From Candidatus Nealsonbacteria bacterium (GTDB taxonomy: Bacteria; Patescibacteriota; Minisyncoccia; Minisyncoccales; MHMH01): a stretch of 64,000 bases of DNA. Where the stretch lies: NCBI GenBank assembly GCA_016188865.1, contig JACPGX010000002.1, positions 130,398-194,397 of the forward strand. The letters are read 5' to 3'. Of this stretch, positions 32,467 through 40,465 are shown one piece after another (within the stretch, counting starts at the first letter, position 1; each line of letters starts with the position of its first letter). The notes under the pieces were generated by a model. That model was given only the letters and a program-made list of their open reading frames with translations. It ran no database searches and was not told where the DNA came from. The position numbers and the translations under genes are program-made.

Positions 32467-34437
32467 ATGAAGAAATTTAACAGAAGAAGATTTCTCATTC
32501 TAATACTCATTTTCCTTTCGATATTGGTAATACTAGCCGGTTTTGGCATCTGGCGGTTTAATTCTTCTCAGCAAACCGGCGGTCCAACAGATACGGCCAG
32601 GAGTTCTGATGAACTCATAGCGGAGGAAATAGCCAACAAATACAATGGAGAAATTAATATCACCAAGTTTAAAAGGCTTCTAGATAAAGATGAGGTGGGA
32701 ACTGTTTATTTCCAAAATAAGGATACGGAATGGGGCACTGTCGTATTGTATTTTATAAAGCTAAGAGGGGAGAAAGGTTATTATCTGGCGCAAGCTACGC
32801 CAGGAACTGGCTATGCTCTTATTGGTGAGCTAGGAAACGTTGTCATCGTACCCCTTAATGATTATCTTAGCGATATATCATCAAAAGTTTACAATAGACA
32901 GATTGATTTTAAATTGATTTCCGCTACGCCAAAGTTGCCGTTCGATAAGAACCAGCTTATTATTCAGCTTGCTGTCGCGTTTATTATTCTTATAGCAGTT
33001 GTTCTTGCGATTTGGTTGTTATGGGGACGGATGGCGCGCGGTGGTTTGGGCGGCTTTAACAAACTTAGAAAGAGAGAGGTAAAAGCTACGGTTACCTTTG
33101 ACGAAATAGCTGGCATTGATGAAGCCAAAAATGAGCTTCGCGAGGTTGTCGATTTTCTAAAGAATAGGGAGCATTATAAAGCCGTAAAAGCAAAAGTGCC
33201 AAAAGGCGTTATGCTTATCGGCCCCCCCGGCACGGGCAAAACCATGCTGGCAGAAGCCGTAGCGCATGAACTCGGCAAGGAGTCTTATTTGTCTTTGAGC
33301 GGGTCTGAATTCGTAGAAATGTTTGTCGGAGTGGGAGCGGCAAGAGTCAGAGATTTGTTCGACGAAGCCCATAAGGTAGTGATGAAGACTGGCTATTGCG
33401 TGGTGTTTCTCGACGAAGTTGAGGCTCTCGGTGGTAAAAGGGGCCACAGAATGTCCGGAGGCAATGAGGAAAGAGAAAGCGCAACCAATGAGATAATGGT
33501 GCGAATGGATGGCATTGGGTCTGATGAGCGCATAATCATTCTCGCAGCTACTAATCGTCCCGATATGGTAGACGAAGCTTTTATGAGGCCCGGCCGATTT
33601 GATAGAAAAATTATTATCGATTACCCTGACGCCAAAGGAAGAGAAGCTATTTTTAGAGTTCATTGCAAAGGTAAACCAATAGACGAAGACGTTAATTTCA
33701 CTGAATTAGCGCGAAGCATCCCCTTGGGTAGCTCCGGCGCTGACATTGCCAATATTGTTAACGAGGCAGCTATTTATGCCGGCCGAAAGGGCAAAAAGCA
33801 AATAGGCAGGGAAGATTTCCAAAATGCCAGAGATAAGATACGGTTTGGGCTCGAAAAGAAAGGCGAGGTTATCACAGGGGATGAAAAAAGGGTTTATGCT
33901 TACCATGAGGCTGGCCATGCCTTAGCGGCTAAGCTTTTACCCAATATGCCTCCCTTAGGCAAGGTAAGTATTTTGAGGCGGGGGTTGACTCATGGAGTAG
34001 TGGAGGTATTGCCAGAAAAAGATCAAAACATTAAAACAAAGCAAGATCTTTTGAATAATATAATTTTTGCTTTAGCCAGCGTAGCTGCCGAAGAAGAGAT
34101 CTATGGCGGGGATGGTGTGACAACCGGCGCTTATATTGACATAAAGCAAGCAACAAAAACAGCCATAGCCATGGTTTCTGCTTTTGGCATGAGTGAGGAA
34201 TTCGGTCTAGTTTCCCTTGAGGCGTTACAGGAAGGTGGTATTCATTTCCTGTCCGCCAAAGAAGTAATTGATGCTGTCAATAAAATAAACAGCAAGGCCA
34301 AGGGGCAGGCCCAGCAACTGATCAAGGATAATAGGCCAAAACTCGATGCTTTAGCCGACGCCCTTATCGAGCTTGAAGACATTGACGGCAAAACCGCGGA
34401 AAAGATTATTGAACAAGGTAAATATCCCCTAGATTAA
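32467..34437 (+). CDS. ftsH: ATP-dependent zinc metalloprotease FtsH-like
   Basis: Two TM helices, Walker A GPPGTGKTMLA, SRH region, zinc motif HEAGHAL. Start at MKKFNRRRF after AGGAG. Confidence 0.85.
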   Translation: MKKFNRRRFLILILIFLSILVILAGFGIWRFNSSQQTGGPTDTARSSDELIAEEIANKYNGEINITKFKRLLDKDEVGTVYFQNKDTEWGTVVLYFIKLRGEKGYYLAQATPGTGYALIGELGNVVIVPLNDYLSDISSKVYNRQIDFKLISATPKLPFDKNQLIIQLAVAFIILIAVVLAIWLLWGRMARGGLGGFNKLRKREVKATVTFDEIAGIDEAKNELREVVDFLKNREHYKAVKAKVPKGVMLIGPPGTGKTMLAEAVAHELGKESYLSLSGSEFVEMFVGVGAARVRDLFDEAHKVVMKTGYCVVFLDEVEALGGKRGHRMSGGNEERESATNEIMVRMDGIGSDERIIILAATNRPDMVDEAFMRPGRFDRKIIIDYPDAKGREAIFRVHCKGKPIDEDVNFTELARSIPLGSSGADIANIVNEAAIYAGRKGKKQIGREDFQNARDKIRFGLEKKGEVITGDEKRVYAYHEAGHALAAKLLPNMPPLGKVSILRRGLTHGVVEVLPEKDQNIKTKQDLLNNIIFALASVAAEEEIYGGDGVTTGAYIDIKQATKTAIAMVSAFGMSEEFGLVSLEALQEGGIHFLSAKEVIDAVNKINSKAKGQAQQLIKDNRPKLDALADALIELEDIDGKTAEKIIEQGKYPLD

Positions 34438-34486
34438 AAAACAAGCGGTTGGCAACTAATGTCAGCCGCTTTTTCAAGGAGGCAAA

Positions 34487-35431
34487 ATGGTTAAACGAAT
34501 TGATCCGCATGTGCATTGCCGCGATGGCAAAGAGCATTACAAGGCAAATATCAGGAGAGTTTCGGAGTTGGCTAAAAAACAGGGCGTTACTCATATTTGC
34601 GATATGCCCAACACAAATCCTCCGATTTTAAGGGAGAAAGACGTTATTGCCAGAATAGAGCTGGCCGGGGAAAGGAAGCCGGTGGTGGGGTATTCTTTTT
34701 ATGTGAAATTGACTGCCGATGAAGGCCAAATTAAAGAAGCGGCCAGATTGGCAAGAGATTACCCTCAAGTGTGCGGCTTGAAACTCTATCCTCCGGAAAA
34801 TGAGAATCGGAAAATTTACCAAGTTTTAGCCGATGAAGGATACTCCGGAGTTTTGGCAATCCATGCCGAGAAATTCAGTTTATTAAAGCCGGAATTGTTC
34901 GTTCCTAAAAGGCCTTGGACGCATAATTTAGCTCATCCGCCAGAAGCAGAAATTGAATCAATTAAAGAGCAAATTCGGTTTTCCACAGAAGCTAATTTTC
35001 GTGGAAATCTCTATATTTGCCACATAACTTTGCCGGAATCGGCAAAATTAATTTGGCAAGCAAAAAAGCATTTGAATATCTATTCCGAAATTACTCCTCA
35101 TCATTTATTGATGAACAACGAAGAAAGCGTAATGGATGGCGGGAACGGCCTATTACTAAAGGTCAATCCTCCCTTAAGAAGCCGCGAAGCATCGGCTGAC
35201 CTGCTTAAAGCTACAATAAATGGTTTGGTCGATTGCCTTGGCACAGATTATGCTCCCCATACTTTCGTGGAGAAATTATATCCTCCGTATCTTTCCGGAA
35301 TCGCTTCTTACGGACTTTACGGCATGGTTCTTAATTTTTTAAGAGAGCAAGGCATGCCGGAAAAAGATATTGAGAAATTAACTTACTGGAATATCAAGAA
35401 AATTTTCGGAGATAAATTGAAAGACGCATAA
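34487..35431 (+). CDS. Dihydroorotase-like amidohydrolase
   Basis: IDPHVHCRDG...GVTHICDMPNTNPP pattern of the PyrC-type metal-dependent hydrolases. Confidence 0.7.
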   Translation: MVKRIDPHVHCRDGKEHYKANIRRVSELAKKQGVTHICDMPNTNPPILREKDVIARIELAGERKPVVGYSFYVKLTADEGQIKEAARLARDYPQVCGLKLYPPENENRKIYQVLADEGYSGVLAIHAEKFSLLKPELFVPKRPWTHNLAHPPEAEIESIKEQIRFSTEANFRGNLYICHITLPESAKLIWQAKKHLNIYSEITPHHLLMNNEESVMDGGNGLLLKVNPPLRSREASADLLKATINGLVDCLGTDYAPHTFVEKLYPPYLSGIASYGLYGMVLNFLREQGMPEKDIEKLTYWNIKKIFGDKLKDA

Positions 35432-35438
35432 AAATAGC

Positions 35439-35467
35439 AAGGCTCAGGTCTAAACCTGAGCCTTTTT
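35439..35467. terminator. Bidirectional terminator
   Basis: aaGGCTCAGGTctaaACCTGAGCCttttt between convergent genes. Confidence 0.75.
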
Positions 35468-35468
35468 G

Positions 35469-35726
35469 TCACCAGACCTTTTGAGTGAGGTCTTCTTGAG
35501 GGTCGAGGGGCAGGAAAGAGAATGAAGGAGCAGTGTCGAAGAGCGTTTCCTTTCCAGCTAAAGCATTTAGCCGGAGGATAACGTCCTCTACGGGCATTTC
35601 CCCTCCTTGGGCGCGCCGAAGTTGTTCTTTGATGATCAGTTCGTTGACGACCCCCAGTTCGTCCTTTTCTGCTTTTCCCAGCACAGCAGCTGCCGCCCGG
35701 TATAATTCCGCTTCCACATTATACAT
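35469..35726 (-). CDS. Small hypothetical protein (paralog A)
   Basis: 85 aa with its own consensus promoter, SD and terminator. Shares the LY.AAA...AEK.....P.ED..LRLNA.A pattern with 35845-36120. Confidence 0.6.
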   Translation of the reverse strand: MYNVEAELYRAAAAVLGKAEKDELGVVNELIIKEQLRRAQGGEMPVEDVILRLNALAGKETLFDTAPSFSFLPLDPQEDLTQKVW

Positions 35727-35758
35727 TTTGAAAACCTCCGTTCCCGTTTTATAATAAA

Positions 35759-35787
35759 ATTATAGCACTTTTTTAATATTTTGTCAA
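35759..35787 (-). promoter_or_regulatory. Consensus sigma70 promoter TTGACA-17-TATAAT
   Basis: The minus strand reads ttgacaaaatattaaaaaagtgctataat. Confidence 0.75.
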
Positions 35788-35804
35788 TAGTTTTATAAAA
35801 ATTC

Positions 35805-35834
35805 AAAGGGCAGTCGCCATCGACCGCCCTTTTT
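35805..35834 (-). terminator. Intrinsic terminator of paralog B
   Basis: The minus strand reads aaaaaGGGCGGTCGatggCGACTGCCCtttgaatttt. Confidence 0.6.
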
Positions 35835-35844
35835 GGTTCCTCCC

Positions 35845-36120
35845 CTATTGCTCATCTTCGTCGTAACAGAGGTGGTCCCACGGTTCCCCCTCAAATGCTT
35901 TAATAAAAGCCGGAGGAACCTTGGTGGTAGTTGATTGCTCTTGCCTCGCTATTGCGTTTAGGCGTAGAAGAGCGTCTTCGGGGGGGATGGTGCGCAAATG
36001 TATTCGGCATCGTATCATTCTCTCCGATTCCTCTCTTGCGCCCTGCTCTAGTTTTTCTGCCGCTGTTTGAGCCCTAGCTGCTGCTAGGTAAAGATCCCTT
36101 TCCAAATCTGCAACAATCAT
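35845..36120 (-). CDS. Small hypothetical protein (paralog B)
   Basis: 91 aa with its own promoter and an SD (GGAGG). Confidence 0.6.
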   Translation of the reverse strand: MIVADLERDLYLAAARAQTAAEKLEQGAREESERMIRCRIHLRTIPPEDALLRLNAIARQEQSTTTKVPPAFIKAFEGEPWDHLCYDEDEQ

Positions 36121-36163
36121 TTCCTCCGTTCCCTCTTATTATTTTTATTTTGACTAACAAGAT

Positions 36164-36192
36164 ATCGTAGCATTTTTTCACAAATATGTCAA
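36164..36192 (-). promoter_or_regulatory. Promoter TTGACA-17-TACGAT
   Basis: The minus strand reads ttgacatatttgtgaaaaaatgctacgat. Confidence 0.65.
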
Positions 36193-36202
36193 CCCCCAAA
36201 AT

Positions 36203-37621
36203 TTATTTTATCAATTTTTCTCCGATAGGTTTAAATTTTGCCTGAAAGAACCTTAATTGTTTAGTTTCGTAAACCATTTTTAAACCAGAAATTTTTTTTC
36301 GCATTTTATGAAGCCTAATGATGGCCTGAGCCACGAAATCCATGTCGGTGTGCGTGTACACCCTGCGGGGGATAGCTAATCTTACCAATTCTAATTTTGA
36401 TTCCCTTTCTTTGCCGGTTTTTGGATCGCGGCCAGAAGAAACAATACCTCTCTCCATGCCCCTGATGCCCGATTCTGAATAAATAGCAGCACATAGGGCT
36501 TGAGCGGGATATTGTTTTTGGGGAATATGGGGCAGGAATCTTTTGGCGTCCAAAAAAATACCATGTCCGCCAACGGGCACCATAATTGGTACTTTTGCCT
36601 TCAGGAGCAAATGCCCCAAATATTCAATTTGATTGACTCTTGCAGCGATGTGCCTGCCATTAACCATTTCGTAAATGCCTCGGGCCATGGCTTCCATGTC
36701 TCTGCCGGCTAAGCCTCCATAGGTATGGAGGCCCTCATAAACTACCACCAACGCCTTGGCTTCCAAAAACAGCTTTTCGTTATTGCAGGATAGAAATCCT
36801 CCGATGTTAACTAAAATATCTTTTTTAGCAGAAACCGTTGCGCCATCAGTGTAAGAACAAATTTCCCTCACAATTTCTTTTATTGTTTTACTTTTAAATT
36901 CATTTTCTCTTTGCTGGATAAAATAGGCATTTTCCACGACCCTTGTGCCGTCAAGCATGATGGGAATTCTGTATTTATTGCAAAGTTTTCTTAAAGCTCT
37001 CAAGTTGGCCATGGAAAAAGGCTGGCCGCCGGCCATATTAACATTGGCCTCCAGAGACATATATGGGATTTTTGAAGCACCGACTTTTTTTATCAGCTTT
37101 TCTAACTTTTCCAAATCAACATTGCCCTTAAACGGGTGCCAGGTTGCCGACTCGTGGGCTTCCTTGATACTGACGTCAATCCACATGGCGCCAGCCAGTT
37201 CTTGGTGGACTCTGCGGGTAGTAAAATACATATTATTAGGCACGAAATCACCCGGCTTAATCAAAATTTTTGACATTATGTGTTCGGCCGCTCTGCCTTG
37301 GTGAGTGGGCACTAAGTATTTATAGCCGTAAATTTCCCGAACCGCTTTTTCCAGATGGTAAAAGTTTTTGCTGCCCGCATAGGCCTCGTCGCCCAGCATC
37401 ATGCCTGCCCATTGGTTATCAGACATAGCGTTAGTGCCGCTGTCAGTAAGAAAATCAATATAGACGTCATCTTCTTCTAAAAGAAAGGTATTATAGCCCG
37501 CTTTTTTAATAGCTATTTCTCGTCTTTTTCGGTTATCAATAATGTCTACTTGTTTTTTGGTCAAAAGTTCAACCGCCTTAATCCTGTAAGGCGGCGGAAT
37601 AATTTGAAATTCTCTTGTCAT
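36203..37621 (-). CDS. Beta-eliminating lyase (tryptophanase / tyrosine phenol-lyase family)
   Basis: 472 aa with the PLP-lysine motif VSAKKDILVNIGG and a conserved N-terminus PPYRIKAVE. Confidence 0.85.
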   Translation of the reverse strand: MTREFQIIPPPYRIKAVELLTKKQVDIIDNRKRREIAIKKAGYNTFLLEEDDVYIDFLTDSGTNAMSDNQWAGMMLGDEAYAGSKNFYHLEKAVREIYGYKYLVPTHQGRAAEHIMSKILIKPGDFVPNNMYFTTRRVHQELAGAMWIDVSIKEAHESATWHPFKGNVDLEKLEKLIKKVGASKIPYMSLEANVNMAGGQPFSMANLRALRKLCNKYRIPIMLDGTRVVENAYFIQQRENEFKSKTIKEIVREICSYTDGATVSAKKDILVNIGGFLSCNNEKLFLEAKALVVVYEGLHTYGGLAGRDMEAMARGIYEMVNGRHIAARVNQIEYLGHLLLKAKVPIMVPVGGHGIFLDAKRFLPHIPQKQYPAQALCAAIYSESGIRGMERGIVSSGRDPKTGKERESKLELVRLAIPRRVYTHTDMDFVAQAIIRLHKMRKKISGLKMVYETKQLRFFQAKFKPIGEKLIK

Positions 37622-37711
37622 ATTTTTAATTTAACATCTAATATTTTAAGTGTCTATGTATCTAATCAACTAGGCGTTCAGGTTGTAAAATTTTTCTAAG
37701 CATCTTACAAT

Positions 37712-37740
37712 AAACATACGAGAACCGTTCTCGTATGTTT
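37712..37740. repeat. 29-bp hairpin copy 1 (centre C)
   Basis: aaacatacgagaacCgttctcgtatgttt, ending 1 nt before the ATG at 37742. Confidence 0.9.
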
Positions 37741-37741
37741 T

Positions 37742-38458
37742 ATGCCGATAAAAAGACCGCCAATAATTACCGGAGAAATCTATCATATTGTGATTAAGGC
37801 AGTTGATAGGACAAAACTCTTTCGAGATCAAAGAGATTATTTTAGAATGGTCCACGATTTATTTGAATTTAATGACGAAAAACCTACTTCGCCGTATTAT
37901 CGTCAAGAGCCCAAACATACGAGAACGGTTCTCGTATGTTTGGAAAAAAGACATACTGGCCGGGAATGTCTAGTAGAGATTTTGGCATTTTGCTTAATGT
38001 CGAATCACGTACATTTATTGATAAGACAGTTAAAAGATAATGGAATTAGTAAATTCATGAGAAAGATTGGGGCTGGGTACGGTGGCTACTATAATAAAAA
38101 ATATAAGAGAAGCGGGCATTTATTCCAGGGAAAATATCGAATTGTTTATATTAAAGACGATCAACAATTAATTACAGTTTTTGTTTATATTCACACTAAT
38201 CCAGTAGCCTTATTGGCTCCGGACTGGAAGGAAAAGGGGATTGATAAAAAAGATTTACGGAAAATTATAAAATTTATAGAAGATTATCGATGGTCGAGCT
38301 ATTCAGACTATTTGGGAAAGAAAAATTTTCCATCTTTAACAACCAGAGATTTTTTATTAAATGAATTCGGAGTGGTTAAGGAAGCTCAAAGATTTGTTAA
38401 TGATTGGCTCCAAACTAAGAGAGAATTGGCCGATCTTGAACAAGTAGCTATAGAATAA
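37742..38458 (+). CDS. Y1 (HUH) transposase, IS200-like / RAYT
   Basis: HUH motif SNHVHLLI; catalytic Tyr region VYIHTNPV. Confidence 0.85.
   Translation: MPIKRPPIITGEIYHIVIKAVDRTKLFRDQRDYFRMVHDLFEFNDEKPTSPYYRQEPKHTRTVLVCLEKRHTGRECLVEILAFCLMSNHVHLLIRQLKDNGISKFMRKIGAGYGGYYNKKYKRSGHLFQGKYRIVYIKDDQQLITVFVYIHTNPVALLAPDWKEKGIDKKDLRKIIKFIEDYRWSSYSDYLGKKNFPSLTTRDFLLNEFGVVKEAQRFVNDWLQTKRELADLEQVAIE
37913..37941. repeat. 29-bp hairpin copy 2 (centre G), in-frame inside the transposase CDS
   Basis: aaacatacgagaacGgttctcgtatgttt, encoding KHTRTVLVCL. Confidence 0.9.
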
Positions 38459-38487
38459 AAACATACGAGAACGGTTCTCGTATGTTT
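38459..38487. repeat. 29-bp hairpin copy 3 (centre G)
   Basis: Begins on the nucleotide after the TAA stop (38456-38458). Confidence 0.9.
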
Positions 38488-38490
38488 TGA

Positions 38491-38517
38491 GGCTCGGGGA
38501 TTAGGCCCGAGCTTTTT
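38491..38517 (+). terminator. Intrinsic terminator
   Basis: GCTCGGGgattaggCCCGAGCttttt. Confidence 0.65.
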
Positions 38518-38956
38518 CGTCGACAACTTTTTTGTCGATTATCATGCAAATTCTTTGCCAGATTCTTTCGTCGTTCATTTCCGGCGGGATGATTATTAGG
38601 GGCACGTCAGGGTGCAGCGCGCGGTGCTCATTCTGGTATCGTAGGGATATTGTTACCCCAAAAGAAGCCGAAAACGTCTCTTCGTCAATTTTTTGGGAAA
38701 CACTGAAATCTTTGCCGTCACGATCTTCTGCGCTATTTGGCAGATGCTTCTCGAAAAAAAGAAGTTCGCCAGTTTTCAGTTTTTTCTTAAGGAGTTTTTC
38801 AACTCTCTCTTCGGTTTGCCTGCCGAGTTTAGATCGGCGTATAGCACGCCTGTCGGAAAAAGCTAGGCGCCTCAGCGCCGACCTTGCTTTTTGCTTTTTC
38901 GCTTCCTTAAAAATTTTTCTTTTTTCTACCCTGCTGTTCATTTTGACAAGCCTCAT
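38501..38956 (-). CDS. Hypothetical basic protein
   Basis: 151 aa, preceded by a consensus-like promoter and SD. K/R-rich N-terminus. Confidence 0.5.
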   Translation of the reverse strand: MRLVKMNSRVEKRKIFKEAKKQKARSALRRLAFSDRRAIRRSKLGRQTEERVEKLLKKKLKTGELLFFEKHLPNSAEDRDGKDFSVSQKIDEETFSASFGVTISLRYQNEHRALHPDVPLIIIPPEMNDERIWQRICMIIDKKVVDEKARA

Positions 38957-38992
38957 AATCTCCTCCTTTTTTCATTAGCGTCCATCGTATAT

Positions 38993-39021
38993 ATAATAGC
39001 ATTCTTCTTAATGTTTGTCAA
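38993..39021 (-). promoter_or_regulatory. Promoter TTGACA-17-TATTAT for 38501-38956
   Basis: The minus strand reads ttgacaaacattaagaagaatgctattat. Confidence 0.65.
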
Positions 39022-39023
39022 GA

Positions 39024-39051
39024 TTGACAGGAATTTTGGTTTTGCTAAACT
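39024..39051 (+). promoter_or_regulatory. Promoter TTGACA-16-TAAACT for nusA
   Basis: ttgacaggaattttggttttgctaaact. Its -35 is back-to-back with the divergent -35 (TGTCAAgaTTGACA). Confidence 0.6.
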
Positions 39052-39096
39052 AATTTTAGTCCGTTAAAGTAAACGGACTTATTTTTTAAAAATTTT

Positions 39097-40374
39097 ATGT
39101 TTGACATAAAAAATTTTACTGCAGCTATCGCTCAGATTGCCGAAGAAAAAGGCATTTCAAGGGAAAAGGTTTTTGAAACCATTGAAATGGCTATTGCCGC
39201 AGCTTATAAAAAGGACTATGGCGAGAGGGGTCAAATTATTAAAGCTAAATTAAGCCCGGAAACGGGCGAAATTAAGTTTTGGCAGGTAAAGCAGGCAGTT
39301 ACTGAAGATATGATTTATTCCGAAGAAGAATTAGTCGAATTAGCTGAGAAAAGGGAAGTGGAACAACCTGCTCAAAGCCCTACGGGCATTGAGGCGGGCG
39401 AGGGGAAAGTACGTTTTAATCCCGAAAAGCATATAATGTTGGAGGAAGCTAAAAAAATTAATTCCAAGATTAAGGCCGGAGAAGATTTAGAAACCCCCCT
39501 GGAAACTCGCGAAGACTATGGCAGAATTGCCGCCCAGACTGCCAAACAGGTAATTTTACAAAGAATTAAAGAAGCGGAAAGAGAATTTATTTTTTCGGAA
39601 TTCAAATCAAAAGAAGGAGAAATTATTTCCGGTATTGTCCAAAGAGTGGAAGGGAGGGTAGTTTTTATGGATATAGGCAAAGCTCTTGGTTTATTGCTTC
39701 CCGAAGAGCAAGTGCCCGGAGAATTTTACAGGCCCAGCCAAAGGCTTAAGGTTTATCTTTTGAGCGTAGAAGAAACTCCCAAGGGCCCGTCTATTTTAGT
39801 ATCAAGAGCTTATCCTAAAATTATTTCCAAGCTTTTTGAATTGGAAGTGCCAGAGGTTTCGGCTGGCACAGTAGTTATAAAATCGGTGGCTAGAGAGCCG
39901 GGTTCCCGCTCTAAGATCGCCGTTGTTTCAAATGCCCAAGGAGTTGATCCGATTGGCTCCATGGTGGGCCAAAGAGGCACCAGAGTTTCAGCAGTAATCA
40001 ATGAATTGGGCGGAGAAAAAATAGATATTATTGAATGGAAAGAAACCCCTGAAGAATATATCGCCAATTCGCTTTCGCCGGCTAAAGTTTTGGAAGTTAA
40101 AATTTTGCCTAGAAATAAGGCCTTAGCTATAGTTCAGGAAGACCAGCTTTCTTTGGCAATTGGCAGGGAAGGGCAAAATGTCAGATTAGCGGCTAAGTTA
40201 ACCGGCTGGAAAATCGACGTAAGAAGTCCGGAACAGGCGAAAGAAACAGGAATCGAAGTTGAGGAGGAAGCAAAAGGGGAGGTTAAAGAAAAACCTAAGA
40301 GGGTTATTAAGAAGAAACTCGCCAAGAAATCCGAAGCACGAAGCACGAAATCCGAAACAAATTCAAATGATTAA
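39097..40374 (+). CDS. nusA: Transcription termination/antitermination factor NusA
   Basis: N-terminal domain, S1 (GEIISGIVQRVEGRVVFMDIG) and two KH domains (GSMVGQRGTRV, LAIGREGQNVRLA), with a K/E-rich tail. Confidence 0.95.
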   Translation: MFDIKNFTAAIAQIAEEKGISREKVFETIEMAIAAAYKKDYGERGQIIKAKLSPETGEIKFWQVKQAVTEDMIYSEEELVELAEKREVEQPAQSPTGIEAGEGKVRFNPEKHIMLEEAKKINSKIKAGEDLETPLETREDYGRIAAQTAKQVILQRIKEAEREFIFSEFKSKEGEIISGIVQRVEGRVVFMDIGKALGLLLPEEQVPGEFYRPSQRLKVYLLSVEETPKGPSILVSRAYPKIISKLFELEVPEVSAGTVVIKSVAREPGSRSKIAVVSNAQGVDPIGSMVGQRGTRVSAVINELGGEKIDIIEWKETPEEYIANSLSPAKVLEVKILPRNKALAIVQEDQLSLAIGREGQNVRLAAKLTGWKIDVRSPEQAKETGIEVEEEAKGEVKEKPKRVIKKKLAKKSEARSTKSETNSND

Positions 40375-40465
40375 AATCCAAAATTAAAAACAGTTCAGAA
40401 AATTAGAATTTATAATTTAAATATTGTTTCGAATTTCGATATTCGAATTTCGAACTTTAATTAAT

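Larger units (their letters stand above)
37712..38487 (+). mobile_element. IS200/IS605-like or REP-associated (RAYT) Y1 transposase unit bounded by identical 29-bp hairpins
   Basis: The hairpins AAACATACGAGAAC-N-GTTCTCGTATGTTT abut the start codon and the stop codon, and a third copy lies inside the CDS. Confidence 0.7.

Noticed and set aside
40424-40465. TTG-initiated N-terminal extension of hppA (track start 40424)
   Set aside because: The extension consists of the TTCGAATTTCG repeat region. The conserved pyrophosphatase N-terminal TM helix starts at the ATG at 40466.
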